Below, one piece after another: positions 27,301 through 54,743 of a stretch of DNA of 64,000 nucleotides. The translations under genes were made by a program, and so were the position numbers. Numbering within the stretch: position 1 is the first letter of the stretch; each line of letters begins with the position of its first letter. A model generated the notes under the pieces. It made no database searches. It was not told the origin of the DNA and worked only from the letters and a program-made list of their open reading frames with translations. Source of the DNA: Paraspadella gotoi (Eukaryota; Animalia; Chaetognatha); the NCBI GenBank assembly GCA_051294375.1, contig CM119268.1:12404493-12468492 (forward strand). The letters run 5' to 3'.

Positions 27301-27716
27301 TTAGGTTTAAATAAGAACTTTGTTTACTGAAAAGTTTTCTAATTAACGCTTCCCGTTTGCGGGCGTGAAGACGCCAACGGCTGAAAGTTAAACTAAATAA
27401 GTAGTAGAGAAGAAGAAACATAAAAGAGACCAACCAAAAAAAAAAAAAGATGCGGATAAACAATGCAATCTCCTAATAAATAATGCAATCTGCTGAAAAC
27501 AGAATTTAGGTTTTTGAGAAAAGGACCAAGAAACGATGTACAAATTTTATAGAATTTCGAACAAAAACCTACAACTGGAAAAAGGTTATGAGGAAAAACA
27601 ATCAAGATTATCCGTCCCTCCAAACGGTTTTTCCTTCTCTCACTTCATCGTTTTCTTCGGGCCTCTCTTCATTTTCATGGTGAGGTTTTCGGCACTTTTC
27701 CTTCCATAAGGGTCCT
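22999..27716 (-). other. Cluster of exon-like islands; possible 3' continuation of the 28606-43642 gene or a separate gene
   Basis: GC-richer segments bounded by AG/GT at about 27716-27646, 27177-27003, 25060-24945, 24245-23860 (K/E-rich), 23498-23394 and 23223-22999 (VGDRGKFAAWLEELEKETEESRGQKICPHCHNGFRRKRP...*). Their phases could not be joined consistently. Confidence 0.3.
26785..26945 (-). mobile_element. Helentron/DINE-1-like element, short copy
   Basis: The reverse complement matches both ends of 11712-12155 (AACAAG..TTCCAAGGTGTTGCGCCGC and GACCGACCGAAAAGTGACTTA). Confidence 0.55.
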
Positions 27717-27740
27717 GAGCGATGAGAAGGCTTTCTTTAT

Positions 27741-27897
<157 letters not shown>

Positions 27898-28484
27898 CCT
27901 CACCCTTTTATTGCTACTTTTTCTCTTAAACCAATGACTGAAAATAAGCTTCAATTTAAAGTTGGTGCCACACCGAACCGATGACTGACCAAGAAATCAT
28001 TTGCCCAAAGCAAACCAAAACAAAAACAAAAAAAATCTGACAAGCGAACGACGAAACGAGAACCAAGAGACTAAAAATGGGCGCCAAAACGAGTCACAAA
28101 GTTCTACAATGATGCAGCACATCGTAATAGCTATTAAGCAGTCTTATAATCACTTACTATTAATATACTACATATATAATGATAAACACTTGGCTCTAAA
28201 ACCGTCTTTACGAAGACGCATGGCCGCCTATTTTTTTAAATAAAAAAAAAAAGCTCCTTTGACTTGAAATGACGCCAGTGGCGCCTGGGCGGCGATAAAT
28301 TGAAACGTTTCTCTGGCTTAAGCTTCCCGCCTGGTTTTCGTTTTACGTCGCGCCTTGTTGCAGTTGCACGTAGATTGTAACCATCTGGTTTTTTCACTTT
28401 ATTCCGAAACAAAAATACAATCTTGTGGGATAAACAACATTTATTGATTAACGCAAATTGAACATTCTCTCTTTTTGTATATTC

Positions 28485-43642
<15,158 letters not shown>

Positions 43643-46600
43643 CGCCAAAGTCAGCGTCGAAGGGAATCCTAATGGGAATTCCGTTGGAAATGTGACGTTT
43701 TTATATCACCGAGGGAACCTGAAATTGTTTTCTTCACGATACAAGCGCAATAAAAGCGCGGAGCTAAAAGCTAAAAAATAAAGCGATCACAAAAAAAAAA
43801 GCTCCAAAAAAGCATAAAAAAAAATAAAGAGGAACAAAAACCCAATTTTCTGGTCTTCGTTCCACGTTGCTTCACGTTGCGCCGAGGAATTTCCGGCCAA
43901 GCGGAAAATACGAGCGATTTGAGGCGATTCGCGGCGGTTGTTTCGACGCCGGCCGCCGTCTCGTTCTTGGCGCTCTCTTCAGGTTCATAGCCTTCGATTC
44001 GATGTTTCGCTGATTCCAATGGAACCGATTCCTGCTAAAATTCTATTCATTTCCGAGTTCCGTGCATAAATAGAAGACATGGCGTTATTACGCACGCTCG
44101 GGTGTCAACACGGCTGATTGCGATTCATTCTGTTCGCAAAAATTCATCAAAACTCTTATCCCGAGTTTTTTTCTTAATTCAAGAATTAAAAATTGCGCTG
44201 AATCCGATTTAAATTAAATTTTAAATCAAGCATTTTGCTTCATAAATCAAAACCTTGTTCCTTTTTTTTTTTAAAAGCCTATAGATGTGGAATCGAGGGT
44301 GTGACGAGATGAAAACAATGAAGCCGTCATGATGCCAAAGAGCAAATCGCTTGACATGAATTTTATTGACGCTCAACCGTTTGTTGTAAAGAGAATTTCA
44401 TAAAATGGCTTCGTGGAGAGAGAAAAAGACAAAAGGACGGAAAGATAGAAAAACCGAAGCAAAACTAATAAATTGCTGAAAATAATTGAAGGAGATTGTA
44501 TATATATACATAATTACATATATCATAATACATGTTTGTTGTTTATTTATTTATACTAATCAAGATAACGAAAATGGCACAAAGAGAAATTCAACATTGA
44601 TTCGACAACGATAAGAAACGAAATTGTTTAAATTACGTAGATTAGTTCGTCTTTACTTTTTAGCTATTCTACGTCTATCCAAGAAATAACTCTAAAATGG
44701 CATAAACAACTAAATAGGGTGAGTAAACACTAAACAGGCCGAGAAGCAATGGCAAGATCTACAAATGGCGCGGAAAATAGAAAAGAAACCAAAAAACAAA
44801 GAGGAACAAGTTGGCTTCTCCCTTCTTACCCCCCCCCCCTGAAGGGAGCGGAATTACGCGCCTCGCGGTTTATTGGCGAATTTATGGAAGAGCCGCGAAA
44901 ACGCCGAAAGGCTACGAAGGGTGAAGATCTTGAAAGCCTCGTTTGTCGGCCTCGGGGCTTGATGAGGGGGTCAAGTTAAGGAGGGAGAAGTTGGAGTTCC
45001 CCGAAAAGAGATTGTAAAGAAGACAAGAGTTCCGTTTCCCAAATGTGCAATGAACGGAACAGACTCGCGACGAACGTGTTGACGAATTCCGCAGAGCGAC
45101 AATAAAGAAACCGTTTTGCACACTTCCACGTTGATTCGAACTCTCTCTCTCTCTCTCTCTCTCTGTCATCTCTTTCCAGTATCGGTTCACTTTTTTGGTT
45201 TTTGTTTTTGTTTGAAAATAAAAATAAAGAGATGTTGTGGGAGAAAAGAAATTGATTCTTTCGGTTGACTGGTTTCCAATCATCCCGGCAACTCCCTGAG
45301 CTGAAAGAATAGAAAAAGAATTTCTTAACATTATCTTTTATTATTCCTACAATGACAAAAAAAAACCAGTAGATGCATACTGGATTTAAAAACGAAAATT
45401 TCAAATGCTCAGGTCTGATAGAACTCTGTAACATTAAACAAATTAAAATTATTAATATGTATTATTACCTCTTCGTTACTCATTCACGCTCAAGAGTCTC
45501 TTCCCCCCTTTTTTTTATATCAACACGACCTCCTGAGCGTAAGATAAAAAGAATATATGAAAAAAGGGGAGCTTAACGTTATTATGCAAGATCCGCTGAG
45601 AAGGTTTATTCCCAGCTCATAATTCAATAAGGAAAAGTTGACGTTGAGAGAAAGTAAGAAGGCGAAGAGGAAAAACGGAGTTGGAACGGGTAGGGGAAAC
45701 TGCGGCTGGAAAACAAGTTGTAGCAAGATGGAGGAAAAAAAGGTGAAAAAAAAATGGGGGGGAAAAAGTAGGTCCTTGTGAGGGCGTTGAGAACTAAATG
45801 ATGACGGGGTTTAAAACTAAAAAGAATAGATCGCGAAAAGTAATATGGGAAAGACGACGTTGACTTCTGAAATTGCTTGATTAAAAAAGGAAAGCCAGAA
45901 ACGACGTTAAGAGTTAAATAATAAGTGTGAAATTGTTATAAAAGATAGTAGGAACAGTAGGAAACGAGAGAACAAAGCGGGCGTATATCAATAAGAATGG
46001 GAAGAAGATCCTTGAAAATATGAAACAACGAAGCGAAAAGAGCTCGGAGCCAGCCATTTGTGAAAGAAATTAATTCTATTGGGCCACGGGGCCTCGGTGA
46101 AACGTCCATAAAGAGAACTTTATATTCAGACTTTTTATAAAGTCCGGATTGTCGTTAATCTTCTTGTCGTTACTGGATTTTTCTTTATTTTTTTCTTCAA
46201 TGTTTTTTAATATATTTTACGTAGGAAAAGTTAATGAGAATTTATGATTTTTTCCGCCTTGTTTCAGGGCTGCCGTCCATTAGCATTTCGTGTGAACAAA
46301 AAGTCAAGACATTTTTAATACTTTCCATACTCTTGTCAAGTAATTAACTATCCTGTAAAACTATTCTAAAACCGTCTACCGTCTCGAACAAAATTTTAAT
46401 AAACTATTGTATGCGAATAATTTTTTTTTTTCATTTCGTGATTGATGAAGGAAAAAAATAGTAATTATTCGAAATCAACGAACAAAAGAAGTTTGATGAA
46501 ACGAAGTCGAATTTAATTCGTGGAAAAACGGAAAGTCGGTCTTCCTTTATCGCCCGACTTCAGGTTTCTTCCTCTTCCTCTTCCTCCGCCTCACGCGTCG

Positions 46601-46828
46601 CCTCTCACACATGACGCGACTACAGGGACCACGCGTCACAGCTCAAGCCCATCACGGCGCCAGTTGGTCACAACACGATCATGTCACTACGTCAAAGTCA
46701 GGAGGCGTAACAAAGCCACGCTTTGCAAGCCCTAAAAGAGTGAATAAATAGATAACTTCAACTTGATAAGTAAGAAATAAAACTTCATGACTAATGAGTC
46801 ACGACTAACGAATTATGTTGACGAGCTT

Positions 46829-47271
46829 CACCGTATCCGTTCGCGAGTGGCATCAAAAAAATCTTTACTACACTCATGTGCAAAAAAAACAAAAAAAAAC
46901 GCGCTACTTTATAACTTAAAATTCCAGACAAATTTATATATATATATTTTTTTGTACAATTCATCTAATTCGAAAAAATACTGTCCCGAGAATGTTCTTG
47001 ACTGTAGCGAATAATTATTTTTTACTAAAAATTTTCAGTTAAAAATATTAAAATTCAGATACACCATTAATTAAAAGATTTAATTGAAAATGAAATTGGG
47101 TAAGCATTAAAAAAGTTTTTTATATTAATAATTTCTTTATAAGTTAATATTAAATTAATATTATGAAATTATAAACGTCCAGTACAAGATAGGAAAAAAA
47201 TTTTTTTTAAATATCCCAACAATGAGAAATGGTAAGCATTTTTTTGGTATCACTCGCGAACGGACATGGTG
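46829..47271. mobile_element. Tc1/mariner-type MITE with imperfect TIRs of about 40 bp
   Basis: CACCGTATCCGTTCGCGAGTGGCATCAAAAAAATC at the left end and the inverted GCATTTTTTTGGTATCACTCGCGAACGGACATGGTG at the right end, followed by TA. Confidence 0.7.
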
Positions 47272-47450
47272 TAAGTGAAGATTTAACTCATAGTTATTCT
47301 TAAAAAATACAAGTTATTTAACAAATATTCTTTTTTAAATAATAAAACTTTTTAGCCAGTTACCAATGTCAATGTGATTGGTAATGTAACACAAATACTT
47401 AATTGATTCTACACCACAACAGCAAAAACAATTTCTTAATAACAGAAAAA

Positions 47451-50400
47451 TCAGTTAACCCGGCGATTGTTGACCTCGCCCGTGTCGTCGTCAGCAATTC
47501 CATCATTATCAGCGCCATCTTCGTCTTCAATCATCGGCTGTTCGATCAAACGCATGGCGAGATCTCGACTTCCCGTCAGGCCGGCCAACGAAGGAAAACC
47601 GAGAGCCACAGCCAGGAATGTCGACAAGTAAAGGATGAAAAAAATGTAGAGGGCGATGCCGATACCAATAAAGAGAAAAAGGTACCTAAAACAGGCGTAC
47701 ATTAAAGTTAAAATAGGAGAGAATACTATTATGATTATCAAAGACCGATAGGCCTGAGCCTTTTGTACGAACCATAAATGGGGAAGACCGGTCACGTAAA
47801 CAGCGGCGAAAAACATATTAATTGTGACAACGAGCACCGTCAAAAATATCGTCGTAATCTTAGTAAAAACGTTGGTACAAAAATCCTAAAAAAACAGCAA
47901 ACAGCATTTGTTTTCAAAGGACATTTTAAGGTCTTCTAATGTCAACTAACTTTTGTCATTATGATAGGTGACGCGGTGACGGTAATAATTGGAATGAGCG
48001 CGAAGGGAAGTTGCAATGACATAAGCACATTCAAACCATCGTTTAAAGCGGTCATATCATCGATTCCGTTAAAAACTGTTCAAAAATATACTAGTTTATT
48101 ATATTATTTTATTTAATTAGTTTTATTTTACCCTAAAAATCAAACTCACTTGCAATAAATATTGTTGGGAATATAGCAAGACATCGAGTGACTAAAACTC
48201 GCTTCCAGCGAGGCCATTGTAAGTTTAAAAACCCTGAAGTAATAGGTTAATTGTAATTAATTCATTTTTTAACCGATAAAAAAATTCGAGAAATCACATA
48301 CCTTCCATGACAAATTGACCCGCGTAAGTCCCGGTCATCGTTGAACTTTGCCCAGCTGCGAGAATTCCCACAGCCCAAATTATAAGAGCAGCATATCCAA
48401 ACCTGCAGCCCAGCCAAACGCCTCCTTTGTATATATCCACTTCCGTGTCAGACGGAACGGTCGAATTGGAAAATATTTTTGAATACTGCGGAATACTACT
48501 GTTCAAACAGAGTTGTTTGACCTTAAAGTTGTCAAGGCGGATATTAATCATTACTTTTATTAGTCCCACTCATAATTTTGATTCGTAATTTTACCTCGAA
48601 CTCGGACCTCCCATACAATCCAGAAGCGAAAACACTCACAACGAATAAGTTAATGATGAAGGATACGAAGAGCGCTATACTTGCTTCAATGAAATAATAT
48701 TTATTCGCCTAAAATAATATATATTTTTAATTCTAAATTTTATGATATAAACATACATTACATACCTCTTTTACTTCGTTTTTGTTTGATCTATCAATAT
48801 CTCTCGATTTTACAAGCGCAGAATGTAAATAAATATTGTGAGGCATTATGACTGCACCGATCACACCAACGGCTTGCAAAAGTTCCCTAATAGACAAAAA
48901 AGCTTGTTTGGGGACGACCACAAGAACATCAATTCGTTTGGTCCAGAACAATCACATTGATCATTAAGCCGTAGTGAAAGTTACATACGAAAATTCTAAA
49001 AGTCAATTATGAACAACATACCATCAGTGAACATTAATTTGTAAAAAAAATTAATTTTATGTTTTTTAATTTTCGCAGTAGGCTATATTTATATATAGTA
49101 CTATCCTTATAAAATTGAAAAATTTCAAAATAGGCTTTTCTTAATTTTGATTGCAGATTTGAATTCCTCGTCAAAAGTTGATAAAAGAAAATATAATTCA
49201 TTTTTAAAAATTCTTTCATTAAGTAGGTTAAAAATTACAAAAACTATATTTAATATTTAAAAAGTTAATGAAGGAATTTTTCAAAAAGAGTTATATTTCT
49301 TTTTATCAACTTTTTATGACGAATCCAAATCTGCAAAAAAATCTTAGAAAAAACTGTTTTGAAATTTTAACATTTATTGGTTTAGTACTAGTATAAATAT
49401 GGCCTACTGCATAAATTGTAAAATTTATTATAAATTTTTTTTATACATAAATGTTCATAAGTATAATGTTGTTCGTTCCTCACTTTTAGAATTTTAATTA
49501 AAGTTAAACTTAGGAATTTTACTACGCCTTATTGATCATTAGCACTATTAAGTAAATAGGAGCCTACATATGATATTATCGACGATATTGTTATTCATAA
49601 AACTGGATATCCTAAGCTTACTTTTTTTGGCAACCGTCACACCAAGGTATGGCAAGGCCTTCTATAACCTTAACTTGGGAAGGTTCACTTATTATATACT
49701 CATAGCCAAAAGTAACAGCCATAATTGTAATTAACAATCCGAATAATGCTTCGAGTTTACGAAGCCCGTACCTGAAAAAGAGCTTCTAGTTAAAACGAGT
49801 AGTATTAATAAATATTAAAGTGATGGTAAAGTATGTATTATAACATTGCAAAATGAATTGAGCATAATACTTGTCTAAGAGAAGGAATGTAAATGTATCG
49901 GCAATGGTAATAATCACGCCAGCCCACAGTGGGATTGAGCGATTTGATAAAAGAAAAAAAGCAATCGCAGTCCCAATGACCTAAGGGACCGTAAATATTA
50001 ATAAAATTTTTGGTTTAACCATTATAAATAAAAGATCATAGTGTAATATCCTTTCTTTCGTTGTGTTCTCTAAACTAAAAGATCTAATCATTTAATTATG
50101 AAAGCAAACCTCTTGCATATCTGACCCCACAATTGCAATTTCAACCATTATCCAAAGAATAAATCGTGGAATTACTGGATAAGATTTGTAACAAACTTCG
50201 GCCAGATGCAATCCTGAACGTTTTTTATAACCATTATCTTACACAATTTATTGTTTTAGTAGTCCATGAATCACAATCGCTTCATACCTGTCACAGTTCC
50301 TAATCTGGCAGCGAGACGTTGCATGATAAGCCCTAATATTGTTGACATCATCAGAAGCCATAGTAACTTGAACTAAACAATTAGGTAATAGAAAACTGCT

Positions 50401-52904
50401 AATACGATGTGCCAATAGGGGAAGATTATTAAAATAGTACCTGAGCAGTTGCTCCAGATTGTAGATCAGACTCAATATTACCAGGATCTAAATAAGCTAT
50501 AGACATTAAGAATCCAGGTCCAGTAAAAGCCCATAGCTTTTTAAAACTAAATTTATAATTTTCTTTGTCAGGAACAGAGACTACTCCGCCTTCCATTTGA
50601 TAGGTTCTGAATTCTGAAACAGAAAAGCGTAAATTCTGTTAAAGTTTGTTATTTTTAAAATTTTTGGCTTTTACACTGCGTCGCAAAAAAAGTAGCCACT
50701 TGTTTCACCGAAAAAACTATATTGGATAACTGAATTCTATAAAGATATAGAAACATAAAACAAAACTTATTTAAAGCTATAAGACTTCAAAGTTGATTGG
50801 TACAAAAAATATAATAATAACAATTAATTAAACTTTCCCTTAATTTAAAATATTTATAAACATTGGATTTAAACTTTTTTATTATTATTTACAAAGTTTG
50901 ATAGGAGATTAACAAAAAATTCGTTTTTTAACAACAATTTGTTTTTATTTTTACAAATAAAAATCGGACATGTTTCGACTCTTAGGGATTTTGCTGATGA
51001 AAACTGGAAATATGTCCGATTTTTATTTATAAAAATAAAAACAAATTATTGTTAAAAAATTAATTTTTTATTAATCTCCCATTTATATTTATATTTATAA
51101 TATTATGGCGGTATATTCACACCGACTCACGTCCCTCTGCGTTGGTAAAACGAGACTGTCCTAAGTCACCGCGCCAATGACTAGAGGCGTCACTGAAAGT
51201 CGGAAGCCCCCAAAACTAACCGTGAGATGCTCCATCCCAAAAAGCATTACAGGCTGTTGCCATAATATGATATTAACTAAACAAATTTAACATCAAATAT
51301 CTTTAGGGGTAAGTGTCGACCATTTTTAACCTAAATTAAAATAAGTAAAGAAATTATATGGAAAAACAATCTTTTTTAAAAAAAATATTTAATTCCATTA
51401 TGATTTTATTAATTCTATATTATATTAAAATTATTTTATTAATTATATATATTTTATTTTTATTATTTTTATTATATTTATTAAAAATATTATATTAAAA
51501 TAGAAAAATGAAAAATAGTGAAACAAGTAATTTGCAGATTTTCATATATATATATATATTATATATATATATTCTATATTATCAGTCAGAAAAAAAAATA
51601 TCATCTACTATAACCTATAAAAATAACTTTTTCCCAAACCCGTTTTGAGACTGACTTTTAAGTCTTTCTATATTCTACTGCCTGAACCAATTTAAATTTC
51701 TATTGCACCAATTGATAACTATACTTTTTATATATTTTTTAAATTAAAAAAGAAATAAGAGTATATTTAAAGCTAACTAGTGGCTACTTTTTTTTGCGCC
51801 GCAGTGTATAATTTTCTTTAATTGCCCCATGAGATGTGAATCACTAACAACCTTTCGTTTCTTTTTTTAAATTAAAGGTTACCAGTAGTTAAATTTCCGT
51901 CTTTTATCAATGTGCTCAGGACTTGAATAAGAGTAGCATCTCACTCTGGACTAATGTCAAATCTGTTTCGGCGTATTCCGCTCTTTTCTTTGCTTACTAG
52001 GAGCCGATTCGGGAACATTCTCTTGTGGCGCAGGAAAAGGGTTTGGTTCTAAGGCGTTTTCACTCCCCACTTGTTGGCTAACATCTCCAGCGCTTTTAAC
52101 TAAAAGTCAAAATATTTCCATATCAAGATTGTAATAACCACCGGGCCAATGTTTATTGAAATTAATATTTGCTTGATGCATCTTAATTTTTTTACTTACT
52201 ACTTTTACGATTTTTAGAAAACAATTTTGTTGACATTGGTTCAGATTTTCTTTTTGCTTCCTTTTCGATTACCTTCTTTTTATATTGTTTATATGACATA
52301 TGTATTTAAGTATTTACCGTATAAAAATAATTAATTTAATTATGCTTTGCTTTAAAACTAATTACTTTAAAAGGAAGATTATGTTGGCCAGACAGGCTAC
52401 ATGGGATGGGCCGAGAGAAAGATGTGGCGAGGCTGCTTTAGGTCTTTGCCAGAAAATATTACACATTAAATTTAATAGATGAGAAAATATTTAGGCTAAA
52501 CAACAATAGATTTTTATTAATTAATGTGTCGGCTTTATCAGCCTTCATCATCAGCACTTTTAACAATTGTAAAAAAGTTACAGTTTGGTTTCACAAACAT
52601 TGAGAGAGAGAGAGACAAAAAAGGAAATAAAAGTTTTCAACAATGAATAGAGAAACGATCAGTTTTTGAGGACAGATTAAGTTGGGACAGAGAGAAAGAA
52701 AATGTGAGGAAAAGGAAATGAAATTTGGTGACTGAGAAATAAGAGAGAGAGAGAATGAGGGGGAGCGAGAGAGAGGTTCACATTTTGGTGAAAAACGGTA
52801 AAAAATTATAAATATATATCGAAAGATTTCGTACTAGTATTACCTATAGACCTATAAGTAGGTTCTCCTGAATCAGCAGCGTTGCGCCGATTGGAATCCA
52901 GCAT
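47451..52904 (-). CDS. NRAMP: NRAMP/SLC11 divalent metal transporter (Malvolio/DMT1-like), about 13 exons
   Basis: Spliced exons encode [117 protein letters not shown] and [15 protein letters not shown]. The start exons 52904-52844 and about 52099-51999 are phase-compatible but less certain. Confidence 0.96.
48958..49538. mobile_element. Imperfect palindromic foldback/MITE of about 580 bp in an NRAMP intron
   Basis: The arms are reverse complements along their length (TGATCA.TAAGCCGTAGT..AAAATTCTAAAAGT..GCAGTAGGC..TGCAGATTTG versus CAAATCTGCA..GCCTACTGC..ACTTTTAGAATTTT..ACTACGCCTTATTGATCA). Confidence 0.8.
50674..51806. mobile_element. Tc1/mariner-derived non-autonomous element with TA target duplication and nested inserts
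   Basis: TA|CACTGCGTCGCAAAAAAAGTAGCCACT ... AGTGGCTACTTTTTTTTGCGCCGCAGTG|TA; no transposase ORF inside. Confidence 0.82.
51104..51264 (+). mobile_element. Dispersed GC-rich repeat (solo-LTR or MITE-like), copy 3
   Basis: Termini TATGGC...GCCATA, flanked by ATAT on both sides (possible 4-bp TSD). Confidence 0.7.
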
Positions 52905-53039
52905 TTTATCTTCTTCACGCAATGTAATTACAGTTACAGCAGCCAATGTTATAAGTTTTCATGATGTTGTTTCAGCAATTTGATGTCATCTTTCAAAAAA
53001 ACATGGGCATTTTAGGGTAAGGATATTTATTTTGGTAAT

Positions 53040-53182
53040 ATTTTACTTTCCCGACCGGGGTTTTGGCATCTTTTAAAATATTACCTAATTACGCTAAACC
53101 CTCTTAACCCTAACCATCCATAACCGTAAACCTCCCTTAAACTACCGTTAACCCTCTAACCCCGGTCGGCGTAAGTGAAATT
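53040..53182. mobile_element. Small MITE with CCGACCGGGG/CCCCGGTCGG TIRs and internal CTAACC-like repeats; second copy at about 55612-55751
   Basis: Inverted termini are visible and a homologous copy lies in PCNP intron 3. Confidence 0.6.
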
Positions 53183-53686
53183 TTTTTTTAATCTTCATAG
53201 TCGCTTTCAGGGCAACCTCCTTGGCCTAGCCCACTCCGACGTGTATACATTAAAACCTGATTTTCATATCACGATATCGCGGAAATCGATGTAAGTACTC
53301 GACTCAAATTTTGTTTAAACGAGTAGGCCAACAATTTCTTAGTTCATTGGAGAGATAAGTTTGATAAAATTTTATTTGTTTGGTGGTTCTAATCTAAAAA
53401 GAAAAATGCATTTTTAATTTGGAAGAAGTACGGTAAGAAGCGAAGCATTTAAAACTAAAACATTTTTAGTTTTCAGACGAAATCAAAAGCATTGCCGGAA
53501 AAAGTTGAGACCGTCTATATAATTAAATTATTAATTAACGAAATAAAAAACGTGATGGTGATCAACTAAGGTCAAGTTCGCGGGTAGGAAGGTTAATTCG
53601 CCCAGCAACCGGTCCCCAGTCTAGAGAGTCTGGAAAGAGGAGGCCCCGTCGTCGTGTCGTCACGTGAATTGTTCTTTTGTTGAGTC

Positions 53687-54375
53687 TTGACTTCGCCCCT
53701 CCTCCTCCTCCTCTTCCTCATCTCGGCGCTGGCGACGGATTCCCTTCAGCTGGACGGCGCCATGTTTCTCCTCTTTCCCATCCAAAACATTAACTCTCGT
53801 TTTCTCAGTCACGACGACCAGGGAGTTGAGGGAGGCCGCCACGATCGAATTCGGGACAGTATCCACTCTGAGGCCCAACTCGCGAGCCTTGACCCGAAAA
53901 AAGAAGCGCCGGGCCTCGTTCCAGGATCCCAATCTCGCCCCGCGGACATCTACATCCCTAACTGGATTGATGGTCGAAAAATGGCCTTCGACGTTTCCGT
54001 CGTCTCTCCAGTTCAAGAGGCCATCGTTTTTCAGGCCGCCACCACTGCCGCAGCCGCAATCGAAATGCGCAAAACTTCAAAAATGCGCGCAGCCACTTTG
54101 CTCCCTGTCAAGCACAGGGGATCTTTTTCCAACCACTAATTGTAGTGACATTTGGTGGGTGGGACAAGGAAGCTCTCCCCTTTATTAAAGCCTTCGTCCA
54201 CCAACATGCAAGGCGTTGGGGAAAATAAATGCCTTGGAGTGCATACATTTCTTTCAAAGGGAAAACGCCAATCTGCTCATAAATCGGGACGACGGCCCTC
54301 CCAATTAATTTGATAAACAAGTTTAACTGTGTCTTTCCAATAATAAATAAATAATAAATATAAAAAATAATAAAA
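53687..54375 (+). mobile_element. Degenerate 3' fragment of an RLE-endonuclease non-LTR retrotransposon (CRE-like)
   Basis: RHDRIRD...EAPGLVPGSQSRPADIYIPNWIDGRKMAFDVSVVSP, then in shifted frames CQAQGIFFQPLIVVTFGGWDKEA and HFFQR..NANLLINR. It is followed by a (TAA/A)-rich tail at about 54338-54375 and has internal deletions and frameshifts. Confidence 0.78.
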
Positions 54376-54743
54376 AAGAAATAAAAAATTAAAATTAAAT
54401 TAGACTTTTCAAAATATTTTAAACATTAAATAAAAATAAACCTTGATACTCTATTCGAATTTGTCTTTGTTTCTCGCAACATTCATTATTCACAATTGTT
54501 AATTCTTTCATTCTCGCGAACTCATAAAATTGTTGTTCATTTGTTTCCTTTCCAGAAGAAGTTTTCTCAGAATAAATTTCCTTCAATAAATTGGCCTTCG
54601 CTGCCGTCGATTTATTCAAATTTCATGACAACATTCTGATTTTATTCAGTTTAGTTTTTATCGTTGCTGATGTTTAGTTTCTTACTGTCTCTGTTCTTTA
54701 TATCTTATCAGCATTTTGATTATCGAACAACATCGCCATAGCA

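Noticed and set aside
47358-47386. Hairpin TTACCAAT-N9-ATTGGTAA in the NRAMP 3' UTR as an iron-responsive element
   Set aside because: It lacks the CAGUGN loop and the bulged C of an IRE.
53085-53162. Telomeric repeat (TAACCC/TAACC-like)
   Set aside because: The units are few and degenerate, enclosed by TIRs and duplicated at about 55690, which indicates a MITE interior.
53560-53700. HDV-like ribozyme at the 5' side of the retrotransposon remnant
   Set aside because: A P1-like pairing (GGTCAAG/CTTGACT) exists, but P3/L3, the P1.1 GG and P2 could not be assembled on either strand.
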